From NCBI GenBank assembly GCA_037190965.1, contig JBBCKI010000028.1:1-64000 (forward strand): a stretch of 64,000 bases of DNA. Reading direction: 5' to 3'. This document shows, piece after piece, positions 51,429 to 61,772 of the stretch. Position numbers and translations under genes: made by a program. Every line of letters starts with the position of its first letter. The first letter of the stretch is position 1. The DNA comes from Chthoniobacteraceae bacterium. Its GTDB lineage: Bacteria; Verrucomicrobiota; Verrucomicrobiia; Chthoniobacterales; Chthoniobacteraceae. The notes beneath the pieces are model-generated. The model was not told where the DNA came from and did no database searches. It worked only from the letters and a program-made list of their open reading frames with translations.

Positions 51429-54392
51429 ATGAAGTTATTACTGTTGCCCCCATTTCTTTCCAGATCCCTGCCGCGCCGGTTCAGACGCGTGGTGCTTGCC
51501 GCTTTCGGATTTGTCTTTGCCGTCCAGATGGCGTTTGCCGCTCCTCTCTCTGTGGTCGAGGGTGGGAAGTCGTCGTATGTGATTGTGGTGTCAAAGGACG
51601 CTTCGCTGCCCGAGCAGCACGCGGCGGATGAGCTTCGGCGTTATGTTGCAAAAGTGTCCGGCGCGGAACTGCCGGTCATTCATCAGGCGGGGGAAGGCCA
51701 GAAGGCAATCTACATCGGGACGAAACACCCTCAACTTGCGCAGGGCGGAAAAAAGGGAGAACACCCATCCCACGATGACGGCTTTCTCGTTCACGCGGAT
51801 GATGGGAACATTGTGATCACCTCCGAAAGTCCCAGAGGGGTTTTATACGGCACCTATGCTTTCATCGAAAAGACGCTTGGCGTCCGTTGGATGAACCCCG
51901 GGGAAGATGGAGAATACGTGCCAAAGAGAGAAGCGGTAGGCATTGAATCGGGCCGGTGGGCTGAAGATCCCTTTTTCAAGAACCGCTTCTTCACGCTGAC
52001 CTGTACGAATATCAACGCGATGCTGTGGGATACGTGGGACTGGATGGTGCGGAATCGGATGCAGGTGAAAGTGACCTACAAGCCCTTTTGGGAAAATTCC
52101 GAGCATGGCGATTGGCTGAACAGACGGGCGGTGTTGATTGAGGGCGGCGGGCACGTCCTCGCCAGCTTTGTTCCGGAAGAAGTCTACTTCAAGAGTCACC
52201 CCGAGTATTTCACGCTGATTGACGGAAAGCGGATTGCCGGGGGTCACGCGGTCGATGAATTCGGCAAATGCTATCAACGTTGTACCTCGAACAGTGATGT
52301 TATCAAGCTGAGCGCCGGCTATATTAATAGCTTCTTCAGCACGGAACCCGCGGGTGATATTTTTGGGATCGGTAACAATGATGGCGACGGCTGGTGCGAG
52401 TGTGGGCCGTGTACGGCTCTGGACCATCCCGACGAAGCGAAGGAACACCTGGTATCGACGCGCTTTATGCACTTTGTGAATGCCGTGACGGAGGAAGTGT
52501 TGAAGGCACACCCGGAAAAGGAGATCTACACGTGGGGCTACCAGCGTTTTCGCTCGGCTCCAAAGGGCGTAAAGCCGCACCCTAAGGTAAGTCTCTTTGT
52601 AGCCCTGCACGGGCGTTGCTATCGGCATTCACTCGATGATGCGAAGTGCCCGGCAAATACGCAGATGCGTACGATCCTTTCGGAATGGCGGAAGTTTTCG
52701 AACCCGGTGGGAGTGAGGGAATACTACTCTTGCTTTCTTGGAGGAGACGTAAGGAGCCCGGTGCCGCCTTATACGCCGCTGGAAGATGTCGTGGCCAAGG
52801 ACATCAAATACCTCGCCAGCATCGGTTGTGTGTTGTGGGAGGATGAGACACCGCCACCGGATGGTGTGTTTGGTTCAGTTTTTGACAATGAAAGTGTGCG
52901 TGAGTCGTGGCGGTCGCGCTTTCCGATGTATTACGTCGCCGCAAAGCTCCTCTGGAATCCTGAACTGGACGTAGAGGTCCTCAAAGATGAGGTCTATCGC
53001 GCCTGGTATGGCGCAGCTTATGAGGAGATGAAGTCGTATCGAGAGCTGATTTCGAAAGCATGGCAGGAATCGGACGGACACTTTATCTACGGATCCAACG
53101 CGATCTTTATCGGGAAATCACTGGATGCACCGGGGCGTCAGGAGGAATGTCTTCGACTGCTGAATGCGGCGACGGCCAAAGCGCAGGATGATCCCAAGTT
53201 GGCGAAGCGGATCGCCGAGGAGAAGCACTACTTTGAATCGATATGGGTCAAGATGGCTGGTGAGCTTCGCACGACCTTCGCGTGGGAAGATGTGCAGGCG
53301 CACCGGGCCTCCGGGCCGGTAAGCATTGACGGGAACCTGAGCGACGCCGCATGGGCAAAAGTGCCTGTGACCACCGGGTTCCACACGGCGGCTGGGAACC
53401 TTGCGGAGCAGCAGACCTTCGTCAAGATGCTCTATGATAAGGATGCCCTGGTGATTGGCATGGAGATGATGGAGCCGACTCCCAAAGCGATGGAGGTGAG
53501 CGAGACACAGCGCGATGGGCGTGTGTGGGGAGAGGATAGCGTGGAGCTGTTCATTGACCCGGAGCGCTCCGGATCAAGCTATTACCATATCGTCTTTAAT
53601 GCATTGGGGACGATTTACGACGCCGCCTGCGTGGAAGGCGGCAAGATGGATCGGGCTTTCAATGGGAACTATGAGATTCGCACGAAGGTGTTGGAGGATC
53701 GTTGGATTGCAGAGGTGCGAATTCCCTTTGTTGCTTTCAAAACCGAGGCGGCAGAAGGGAGCGCCTGGAAGATGAATATCGGCCGGACGCGCAGTGTGAA
53801 GGGAGCTGCCGTGGAAAATAGCTCCTGGACGGATGGACGCTTCCATCAGGTCAATAGCTTCCGCACGGTGGTCTTCGGGGATCGGCCTGCGTTACTGACA
53901 AATGGGGGCTTTGAGAAAATTGGAGAGGTCAACACGGATGCAGACCGGGATTTTTACAGTGTGGGTAAGTGGGAGTTGGGAAATACACCGGCGATTTTCC
54001 CGGTGAGATGGAGCCTTCATGATGCCCATCCCGGCAAGCTGACGCTGGTTAACGATGATGTTCATTCGGGGAAATGGGCGGCCAAGGTGGAGCGAGGATG
54101 GATCTATCAGGGAGTCGATGTCGGCGAGGGGGCATCTTTGAAGATCTCCTTCTGGGCCAAAGGCGAGGATTCGCTCAAGGCCATGCTCTTCCAGTATCGG
54201 CAGGAGGCAGGCGAGGTTAAGGATTTTCTCGAAACGGTTGAGCTGGAGACCTTCCCACTTCAGGGGGATTGGCAGAAGTATACGATCGAGTACGTGTTGA
54301 CGTCGCCATCGGTGAACCACGTGGCCATCGCTCTTGATGTTCAGGGAGAGGCGATTCTCGACGACGTCTTTATTGAAGAAAAACAGCAATGA
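51429..54392 (+). CDS. Secreted DUF4838 protein with CBM9-like and CBM4-like C-terminal modules
   Basis: AADELRRY..KVSGAELP, RGVLYGTYAFIEK.LGVRW, HPEYF, NDGDGWCECGPC; IDGNLSD.AW, DSVELFIDP, WIAEVRIPF; LLTNGGFE..ILDDV. Confidence 0.82.
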   Translation: MKLLLLPPFLSRSLPRRFRRVVLAAFGFVFAVQMAFAAPLSVVEGGKSSYVIVVSKDASLPEQHAADELRRYVAKVSGAELPVIHQAGEGQKAIYIGTKHPQLAQGGKKGEHPSHDDGFLVHADDGNIVITSESPRGVLYGTYAFIEKTLGVRWMNPGEDGEYVPKREAVGIESGRWAEDPFFKNRFFTLTCTNINAMLWDTWDWMVRNRMQVKVTYKPFWENSEHGDWLNRRAVLIEGGGHVLASFVPEEVYFKSHPEYFTLIDGKRIAGGHAVDEFGKCYQRCTSNSDVIKLSAGYINSFFSTEPAGDIFGIGNNDGDGWCECGPCTALDHPDEAKEHLVSTRFMHFVNAVTEEVLKAHPEKEIYTWGYQRFRSAPKGVKPHPKVSLFVALHGRCYRHSLDDAKCPANTQMRTILSEWRKFSNPVGVREYYSCFLGGDVRSPVPPYTPLEDVVAKDIKYLASIGCVLWEDETPPPDGVFGSVFDNESVRESWRSRFPMYYVAAKLLWNPELDVEVLKDEVYRAWYGAAYEEMKSYRELISKAWQESDGHFIYGSNAIFIGKSLDAPGRQEECLRLLNAATAKAQDDPKLAKRIAEEKHYFESIWVKMAGELRTTFAWEDVQAHRASGPVSIDGNLSDAAWAKVPVTTGFHTAAGNLAEQQTFVKMLYDKDALVIGMEMMEPTPKAMEVSETQRDGRVWGEDSVELFIDPERSGSSYYHIVFNALGTIYDAACVEGGKMDRAFNGNYEIRTKVLEDRWIAEVRIPFVAFKTEAAEGSAWKMNIGRTRSVKGAAVENSSWTDGRFHQVNSFRTVVFGDRPALLTNGGFEKIGEVNTDADRDFYSVGKWELGNTPAIFPVRWSLHDAHPGKLTLVNDDVHSGKWAAKVERGWIYQGVDVGEGASLKISFWAKGEDSLKAMLFQYRQEAGEVKDFLETVELETFPLQGDWQKYTIEYVLTSPSVNHVAIALDVQGEAILDDVFIEEKQQ

Positions 54393-54462
54393 TGATGACC
54401 CGAAAAACTTTCGTGGGGCACTAGCTGCACGGAAGCCGGGGTTCCTACGCCTGGGTTTACAC

Positions 54463-55746
54463 ATGAAAAAGAAAATCGGTATCGTTGGGTTTGGCGAGAT
54501 GGGGAAGCGCCATGGCCTTGAGTTTCGCGAGGCGACTCAGGGATTGATCGAAATCGCGGGAGTGGTGGAGCCGAGTGACGAAATGTACCGGCGTGGGTGT
54601 GAGTGGAATCATATCGAGGTCCCACGATATGGGAACATCCGGGAAATGCTCAGAGGGGGGCAACTGGATGGCGTGTTGATTACGTCTCCCAACAATATGC
54701 ACCTTCTCAATCTCCTGGAGTTCGCGGGGCAGACAATTCCGATTCTTTTGGAAAAGCCGCTTGATACGAAGCCGGAGGTGGTGGCGGAGATTGTTCGCTT
54801 CGCCAGTCGCTACGAAGGAATCATCGTGGTGGATCATGTGATGCGCTACGCCCCGGTTATCCGGCGAGCGCGGCAGATCGTGGAATCAGGCAGGCTCGGG
54901 AAGCTTGCATCGTTCCAGTTCACCCAGAGGATCGGCAGCAGCCCGTTTAATACCTTTCGCCGTACGTTCGAAGGAGGCGGCGGGCAGATTATTGAAAAGG
55001 CCACGCACGATCTTGACGTGATCCTCTACCTGTTTGACACGCTGCCGGACAAAGTGGCGATGGTTTCGCGCCAGCAGGTGATCGGGGGGAACAAGCCCAA
55101 CGACCTGAGGTGTTCGGTTTGTGAAGAGCGGTTGCGTTGCCCGGAAGCGTATCATTCGGATAATATCAGAACGGGGATCAAGGATATCAGCCTTGAGAAC
55201 GACCTCTGTGTTTATGCTCAGGAGGTCGATGTGCCCGATAACGAAACCTGCCTCATCGAAATGACGGACGGGACGTTTGGCACCTATTCCCATACTTATT
55301 TCTGCGAAATGCGGGGCCATAGCAGGATCTACGAAGTCATCGGTACGGAAGGATCGATGAGCCTTCAACTCTCGGCGGAAGATCCGGGCTATCGGGGGAT
55401 CCTCCGTGTTTTCCCCCGGAACGGCGGCGGTGAAGTGGAGACGTATGATTACGACTACAACGGAAAGATCCACTACAATGGCGGCCCCTACGTCGCGCGG
55501 CATTTTTACAACCTGATGACGGGGGCCGAAACGGAGGCGTTCACGACGGTGAACCAGGCCTTCGTCGCGGAGACCCTCGGATTCGCCGCGATCAGGGCGG
55601 CGAGGGAGGGGCGTTTTGTGCCGGTGGCATCCTTGGTGCCGGAGGATTTGCTGGCCGCCTATTCCGCGACCTATCGCGGCGCCCGGGAGGTGCCTCGGGT
55701 GCTCCCGGCGGACCCTGTTGCTTTGGTGGAAGCGGTTTGTGGGTAA
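54463..55746 (+). CDS. Gfo/Idh/MocA family oxidoreductase
   Basis: IGIVGFGEMG, LEKP, HVMRYAP, GGQIIEKATHDLD, CSVCEERLRC, HYNG. Confidence 0.9.
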   Translation: MKKKIGIVGFGEMGKRHGLEFREATQGLIEIAGVVEPSDEMYRRGCEWNHIEVPRYGNIREMLRGGQLDGVLITSPNNMHLLNLLEFAGQTIPILLEKPLDTKPEVVAEIVRFASRYEGIIVVDHVMRYAPVIRRARQIVESGRLGKLASFQFTQRIGSSPFNTFRRTFEGGGGQIIEKATHDLDVILYLFDTLPDKVAMVSRQQVIGGNKPNDLRCSVCEERLRCPEAYHSDNIRTGIKDISLENDLCVYAQEVDVPDNETCLIEMTDGTFGTYSHTYFCEMRGHSRIYEVIGTEGSMSLQLSAEDPGYRGILRVFPRNGGGEVETYDYDYNGKIHYNGGPYVARHFYNLMTGAETEAFTTVNQAFVAETLGFAAIRAAREGRFVPVASLVPEDLLAAYSATYRGAREVPRVLPADPVALVEAVCG

Positions 55747-55748
55747 GG

Positions 55749-56732
55749 ATGAGGGTGAAAATGAGGTGCTTGACGATGAGCGGTCCGTTAGAGTGGCGGC
55801 TACCCCCCGAACACATGAGACCGAAGACTCATTTCCACGATCGCGTCACGCGCTATCACGAGTTTGCTCCCGACCAGTACAAGATTGAGGAACATTTCTG
55901 GATTAACCGGCAGAGCGAGGACCAAGGTGCGCCGAATGATCTCTACTGCTTTGCCTACGGAGAATGCTGTTGGCAGCGGGATGCGGAGGCGATTTTTAAG
56001 GAAGACACCAATTCGTGGGCTTTCGAGTACGTGACCGCGGGGAGCTTCACCGTTGAGTATGAAGGAGGGGAGCGCGAGCTGAGGGCGGGAACACTTTACG
56101 TTCATGCGCCGGGAGGGCCCATACGGCTACAGGCCAACCGGGGCGGCATCTGCAGAAAGCGGGTGATCATTCTGAGCGGAAGCATGGTGGACTACCTCTG
56201 CAACTTGAGTAACCTGCGGATTTCCCCCTATATCGAAATTGATGCCCCCCAGCGAGTCGACAAGATCTTTGATCAGGTGAAGGAACTGGCTTCTTCCGGA
56301 AGCTGCTATCTCACGGAGGACTTGAGTGTTTGCAGCTATTCGCTGATCGCGGAACTGGGGAGAACGATCAAGATGCTGAAGTACCCTCGTATGCTTACCC
56401 ACGCTGTTCAGTTCATTGACAGCAAGCTGCACGAGAACCTTACGCTTGCAAGGATCAGCGATGAGTGCCACGTGAGCGCCAATACGCTGAGCCGCCTCTT
56501 CAGGAAGCATCTGAATGTCAGCCCCATCAACTACATTATCTCGCGCCGGTTGGAGCGCGCCCGTCACCTGATTGCGGTGAACGATCTTTCCTTCAAGGAG
56601 ATTGCCAACGAGTGCGGGTATACGCGGGAGTCATTCTTCTCCAGGGCTTTCAAGCAAAAGTATGGTGTGGCTCCGAACGGTTATCGCAGGGCAATTCTTG
56701 CGGGTAAGGTGAGCGGCTCCTCGCGGACCTAG
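55749..56732 (+). CDS. AraC family transcriptional regulator
   Basis: LSRLFRKHLNVSPINY, RLERARHL, IANECGY....FSRAFKQKYGVAP..YR; start uncertain. Confidence 0.9.
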   Translation: MRVKMRCLTMSGPLEWRLPPEHMRPKTHFHDRVTRYHEFAPDQYKIEEHFWINRQSEDQGAPNDLYCFAYGECCWQRDAEAIFKEDTNSWAFEYVTAGSFTVEYEGGERELRAGTLYVHAPGGPIRLQANRGGICRKRVIILSGSMVDYLCNLSNLRISPYIEIDAPQRVDKIFDQVKELASSGSCYLTEDLSVCSYSLIAELGRTIKMLKYPRMLTHAVQFIDSKLHENLTLARISDECHVSANTLSRLFRKHLNVSPINYIISRRLERARHLIAVNDLSFKEIANECGYTRESFFSRAFKQKYGVAPNGYRRAILAGKVSGSSRT

Positions 56733-56749
56733 TCTTTTCGTTTTTTGTG

Positions 56750-58780
56750 ATGAATTACTTTTCTTGTGCATACTATCCCGAATACTGGGGCACCGAACGG
56801 GTGAAAGTGGATGCTGCTTTAATGCAGGAGGCGGGGGTCAATACCGTTCGCGTCGGGGAATTTGCCTGGGCAAGACTTGAGCCTGCGGAGGGAGTTTATA
56901 CCTTCAAGTGGCTGCGCGATGCGCTGTCGATTCTGGGGGAGCACGGCGTGCGGGTCGTCATGTGTACGCCTTCAGCCGCGGCTCCGGCCTGGCTGGTGAG
57001 GCAACACCCTGAGGTTTTGGCGGTGGATAAGAATGGGCGGCAGGCATGGTTTGGAGTGCGGCAGCACACTTGCTATCGTTCGCCGGTCTATCGTCGTTAC
57101 GTGGCGGAACTGACGGAGCGACTCGTAAGAGAGGCGAGCGGGGACGCCAATGTGATTGGTTGGCAGATCGATAACGAGGTAGGGCACACGATCTTCGGAT
57201 TGTGCCATTGTCCCGAGTGCCAGGCGGGGTTCCGGCTTTGGCTGAAGGACCGCTACGGCACGGTGGAGCGGCTGAACGAAGCTTGGAAAACGGGCTTCTG
57301 GAGTATGGACTACAGTTCGTGGGAAGAAATTCGGCTTGGGGATTTTAATCAAACGCTCGGTTCCAGCCATGTGCTCGACAGTTTCCGGTATCATAGCGAG
57401 GTAAAGTCGGACTACGTCACGATGCAGGCGGAAATCATCCGGCGACTCCATCCGGGGGCAATCGTAACGACGAACTCGCCTTCGGGCATTTCCGATCGGA
57501 ACCGTATTTTTCAGGAACTGGATCTTGCCGGAGTGGATATTTATCCCACGAGCGATGGCTATTTGAGTAGTTCCTATCACAGCGCCCTCTTCCGGGGAAT
57601 GAAGCCGGAGCGGCCTTTTTGGGTGATGGAGACGGGCATTGGAGGGCAGGGGTATAGCGGTGCTCCTCATAATCGTCGGCTTCGCGCTCACTTCTGGCAC
57701 TTTTTCGCCCATGGAGCGGAGATGATGGAGATTTTCTGGTGGCGTAGTTGTCTCTCGGGTTACGAGAAAGATCTGATGGGGGTACTGGGGCACAATGGAG
57801 TGCCGCGAAAACGCTATCAGGAGCTCAAGACTTGCATCGCAGAGGTGAGGGGAGTGAGTTGCAGGCTGGGCGAGCTACCCATGCCGAAGGCTCCCGTAGC
57901 GGTGGTGTTTGATCACGAGGCGCATTGGGCTTTCAGCGCGGGCCATATGGGAGAGTGGGAGGTCTATGAGGCTGTAAACCAGTGGGCGCACCACGCTTTT
58001 GCCGGGCGGGGAGTTGGCGTGGATGTGATTCCAACGAGCCGCGATCTCTCCGGGTACAAGCTCGTGGTCGTTCCAGCGCTGGTTCACGTTCCGGAGGCGT
58101 TCGGTCGGGCCCTGGAAAAATTCGCGGAGGATGGTGGCGTTGTCTGCCTGATCGGGAGAACTGGCAACCTCGATGCGAATGGGAATTTCCGTTCTGAGGC
58201 GTGGCCGGATCACCTGCGGGCAATGGCGGGGCTGGTGATTGCGGATCAGCTTGTGGTGATCAACCTTGATCAAAGCGCCTCCCGTCCAGGTGCCGATCCC
58301 GCATTTGAGGGAACGATCGGCGGAAAGGCAGTTCGCGGTTTAGCCCGGTACTGGCTGGCCGACATTGAGTTGGAGGGGGGCACGGCGCTGGCCCGCTTTA
58401 CGAATAGCGGCCTGGAAGGACAGCCGGTGATCGTGGAGAATCGTTTCGGGAACGGCATGTGCCTCTATATTGGAGCGACGCAGATTGATGACGAAACGAT
58501 GATAGTCATTGCCGATTACCTGATTGAGCGAGGGGGAGTTGGGGCCATCTCCGGGTTGCCGAAGGGGGTGGAGGCGGTCCGTCGCGGCGAGTTTGCTTTT
58601 CTCATCAATCACACGGAGGAATCCAAGGAGGTGCCATGGTCGTCGAGCAGTGAGGGGATTTTGGGGCATTATGCAGACGGGAAGATCATGCTGGAGCCGT
58701 ATGATGTCTGCATTCTTCGCTGCGGATTGCGCGAATCAACGCGGGGAATGGCGGCGGCGTCCGAATTAGGTCGGTTTTAG
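56750..58780 (+). CDS. Beta-galactosidase, GH42
   Basis: YYPEYW, GEFAWARLEP, WQIDNE (acid/base), CHCPEC, PFWVME (nucleophile), trimerisation-type C-terminus. Confidence 0.92.
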   Translation: MNYFSCAYYPEYWGTERVKVDAALMQEAGVNTVRVGEFAWARLEPAEGVYTFKWLRDALSILGEHGVRVVMCTPSAAAPAWLVRQHPEVLAVDKNGRQAWFGVRQHTCYRSPVYRRYVAELTERLVREASGDANVIGWQIDNEVGHTIFGLCHCPECQAGFRLWLKDRYGTVERLNEAWKTGFWSMDYSSWEEIRLGDFNQTLGSSHVLDSFRYHSEVKSDYVTMQAEIIRRLHPGAIVTTNSPSGISDRNRIFQELDLAGVDIYPTSDGYLSSSYHSALFRGMKPERPFWVMETGIGGQGYSGAPHNRRLRAHFWHFFAHGAEMMEIFWWRSCLSGYEKDLMGVLGHNGVPRKRYQELKTCIAEVRGVSCRLGELPMPKAPVAVVFDHEAHWAFSAGHMGEWEVYEAVNQWAHHAFAGRGVGVDVIPTSRDLSGYKLVVVPALVHVPEAFGRALEKFAEDGGVVCLIGRTGNLDANGNFRSEAWPDHLRAMAGLVIADQLVVINLDQSASRPGADPAFEGTIGGKAVRGLARYWLADIELEGGTALARFTNSGLEGQPVIVENRFGNGMCLYIGATQIDDETMIVIADYLIERGGVGAISGLPKGVEAVRRGEFAFLINHTEESKEVPWSSSSEGILGHYADGKIMLEPYDVCILRCGLRESTRGMAAASELGRF

Positions 58781-58782
58781 AT

Positions 58783-60696
58783 ATGAGCTCATCATCTTTT
58801 AAGCCGTTCGGATTCAGGGCGGTTCAGTTGGATCTCGCCCGTCAACCGGAGACGCTCGACTTCATCTTTTCGTTTATCGATTTTGTCAGCCAGTACGGCT
58901 ACAACTATCTGGTGCTCTATCTGGAGGGACGCATCAAGACGCCCTCGTTCCCTTACCTGCCGGACGAGGAGTCGTACTCGTCGGACGAGATTCGGCAGAT
59001 CGTGGCGTATGCCGGAGCGAAGGGATTGGAGGTGGTGCCGGTCGTGGCGCTTTTCGGTCACGCAAATCTCTTTCTGCACTGCCCGGAGTTGGAGTCTCTG
59101 GCGGAACTACGAGGCGGAAGACAGGGGCGATTCTCCCGCAGCAAGCATGTCTTCTGCCCGTCGCAGGAGGCAACCTATGAGTTCCTGGAGCGTTACCTCA
59201 TGGAGGTGGCGGCGCTCTTTCCCTCGGAATACTTCCACGCAGGGTTTGATGAAGCGTGGGATATCGGCTATTGCACTCTTTGCGCGGAGCGGTTGGGGAA
59301 GGAGGGGCAGGGCGGAATCTTTCTGAAGCATTTGAAGGACTGCCACGCCATCGTGACCGGTAAGCTCGGAAAGACGATGATGATCTGGGACGATCTCTTC
59401 GATCTCTACCCGGAGACGCTTGCCGATGCGCCGCGCGATATTGTCCTTTGCGGGTGGCACTATGAAAAGCTGGTGGAACTCCCGGGCGGCCACACGGGTG
59501 GCCCGCAGCGCGACGTCTTTGCCGTCTACGAGGCACTCGGCTTTCGCTACCTCTTTGCCCCTTCTGCGGTTTCCATCAGGAACGTGGAAACCCTGACTGC
59601 CTATGCCTGGAAGGGAAATGCCCTGGGAGGATTGCTAACGGTATGGGAACTGGAAAGGCGGTTTCTTTTCTCGGAATTTCCCACGGTGGCCTATGCGGGG
59701 CTGCTTTGGTCGGGAGAGCAGGAGGGGGTGCCGCCGCGTGCGCTCCAGGAGCGCGCCATCCGGGAGGTCACAGGTCTGAAGCAGAGGGAGCATGTGGCGA
59801 TCCTCCGAGCGTTCCTTAATGAGCAGGATCAGGAGTTGCCGCTCTCCCGGCAGATGTACTTGCGTGGCCCTTTGAATGATGAAGATTACGCGCATCAGTC
59901 GCTGGTAGAGATCGCGCTGGAAGCGCTGGAATCCCATCGCGCGATGACTGCGGGAGAACCGGAAGACCTGGCTTGGGAAGTCCTCAATGATACGTGGATC
60001 GACTTATCCATCGAGTCGATCTACTTTGAAATGCGGGAAGTGATCTCCGCGCTGTATCTCCCCAAGACTCCGGCTTCGGAAAAAGAAGCGCTGAAAGAGC
60101 GGGTGAGGGGATGCCTCAATCGATTTACGGCGATTCGCGCCATCCGACGAGAGCAATGGGAGCGGTTTCGCCCCGGGATTCCCTCTCGCGATTGCGACGC
60201 CTACTATGGCGGGGCCATTCAGATGATGACCGGGGTGCTGGAGGCGGCGGACCGGGTGCGTGCCTTGTTGAAGGTGAGGTTCGGCATCGGACAGGCATCG
60301 GTGGATTTTCTCTTCAAGTACCCTGGAAGCGATTTATGGCATCAGGGGGTGCCGACGTTTGGAAAGATGATTCCCACCGAAACCGACTTCTATTTCCCGC
60401 TGGATGGCGATGCGATGGCAGCTATGCCTGGGGCGATTCGGATCGAGGCGTCCGGGTACGTCGGTGTGGGGGTGATCTATCTGGAGATCGAATCGGCATC
60501 GGCTCGCATGGTCCCGAAGTCGATTGGCGCGATTGAAGGGGCGGTGATCCACCCTGAAGCGCTATTGGAGAACGGTCGCGATGCCTGTTTCCTGGGAGAC
60601 GGAGAGCAGGCGGCACGTCAAAAATTCCGAAACCCGGCCCTGGCAAAAGTCAGGCATGCGATTGAGCTGAATCTCGGGATAGTGGCTGCGCGGTAA
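58783..60696 (+). CDS. GH20-like hexosaminidase
   Basis: FRAVQLDLAR, YLEG, EVVPVVALFGH, FHAGFDEAW (DE pair), MMIWDD, WHY. Confidence 0.82.
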   Translation: MSSSSFKPFGFRAVQLDLARQPETLDFIFSFIDFVSQYGYNYLVLYLEGRIKTPSFPYLPDEESYSSDEIRQIVAYAGAKGLEVVPVVALFGHANLFLHCPELESLAELRGGRQGRFSRSKHVFCPSQEATYEFLERYLMEVAALFPSEYFHAGFDEAWDIGYCTLCAERLGKEGQGGIFLKHLKDCHAIVTGKLGKTMMIWDDLFDLYPETLADAPRDIVLCGWHYEKLVELPGGHTGGPQRDVFAVYEALGFRYLFAPSAVSIRNVETLTAYAWKGNALGGLLTVWELERRFLFSEFPTVAYAGLLWSGEQEGVPPRALQERAIREVTGLKQREHVAILRAFLNEQDQELPLSRQMYLRGPLNDEDYAHQSLVEIALEALESHRAMTAGEPEDLAWEVLNDTWIDLSIESIYFEMREVISALYLPKTPASEKEALKERVRGCLNRFTAIRAIRREQWERFRPGIPSRDCDAYYGGAIQMMTGVLEAADRVRALLKVRFGIGQASVDFLFKYPGSDLWHQGVPTFGKMIPTETDFYFPLDGDAMAAMPGAIRIEASGYVGVGVIYLEIESASARMVPKSIGAIEGAVIHPEALLENGRDACFLGDGEQAARQKFRNPALAKVRHAIELNLGIVAAR

Positions 60697-60724
60697 TCAT
60701 CCGCATCGAGTTGGGGAAGAAAGT

Positions 60725-61657
60725 TCACTTCGCACCGCCCCTTTTTTCGGGCGGTGTGCCCGAGGGGATGGAGATAACCGGCGCGTGCAGAACGGTGCTG
60801 CTTCCGGCGAGATCCGTGGTAGCGGGAGTATTTGAGAGGCGGTAAGCGGCGGGCGTCATCTTCTGCACGGAGCGAAAGACGCGGGTAAAGTGGTAGCGAT
60901 CACAAAAGCCGGTGGCCTCGGCGATCTGCTCGATTGAGGCATCGGAGAACTGGAGCATCAGGCTGGCTTTCTCAATGCGCTTGATGCGGATGTGGACCTG
61001 CAGGGTGTGGCCGATCTGTTCCTTGAAGAGCTGATTCAGGGAGCTGACGTTCATGCGTGCCAGTCGCGCCAGTTCGGCATTCGTCGTGTTGGGCTGGAGA
61101 TGTTCGTCGATATAGGAGAGCACTTTGAGGACTCTCGCATCGAGCTGTGGCGAGCGCCTCATATCGGGGTGTGTCTGCGCAAGCACCATGCCGATGAACG
61201 AGCGGGCCGTGAGCGAGATCTGCCACGTGCAGAGTGTCTGCATCTTCATGAGCTCCACCAGCTTTTCGCCGATTCCGAGCAGAGGCTGCGCCATGGGGAG
61301 GACGGCGATTTCCGAGGCAGTCTGGTGATGAAAGGCCACGCTATGGAAATGAAGGTAGAGGTGATCCATCGTGCCGGTGTTTGTCGTCGTGCAGGCCGCG
61401 TTGGGGCTGACAAGCACGACGGAGGAGGGATCGAGGTCCACCGTCAGATTTCCGCACCGGATGGTCGCCCCGGGGGAGGAGTTCCAGTAAAGCCGCCAGA
61501 AAGGTTCGCAGAGGCGTGAGAAAGTCCATTGCTTCGGGAGTAGCTGCCCGTAGCCGCACAGCAGCAGACGAAGGCAGGGATCCTCCAGCGTCGCAATGGT
61601 GCGGTGGCTCGCGGGGATCTTTCCAGGGCTGGCGCGATAAATGGCGGAAGCAGGCAT
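60725..61657 (-). CDS. AraC family transcriptional regulator
   Basis: ELARLARMN.SSLNQLFKEQIG, IEQIAEATGFCDRYHFTRVFRS...MTPAAYR. Confidence 0.9.
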   Translation of the reverse strand: MPASAIYRASPGKIPASHRTIATLEDPCLRLLLCGYGQLLPKQWTFSRLCEPFWRLYWNSSPGATIRCGNLTVDLDPSSVVLVSPNAACTTTNTGTMDHLYLHFHSVAFHHQTASEIAVLPMAQPLLGIGEKLVELMKMQTLCTWQISLTARSFIGMVLAQTHPDMRRSPQLDARVLKVLSYIDEHLQPNTTNAELARLARMNVSSLNQLFKEQIGHTLQVHIRIKRIEKASLMLQFSDASIEQIAEATGFCDRYHFTRVFRSVQKMTPAAYRLSNTPATTDLAGSSTVLHAPVISIPSGTPPEKRGGAK

Positions 61658-61772
61658 GGTGTCTCGTAGGAAGGGGTGGGAAGGGCCGTGATGTCAAACC
61701 AGCCACGGATTGTACACAAAAGCCACCTTATCTGCATTTATTTCCCTTTTTCGAAAGCGATAACCTCGCGGC

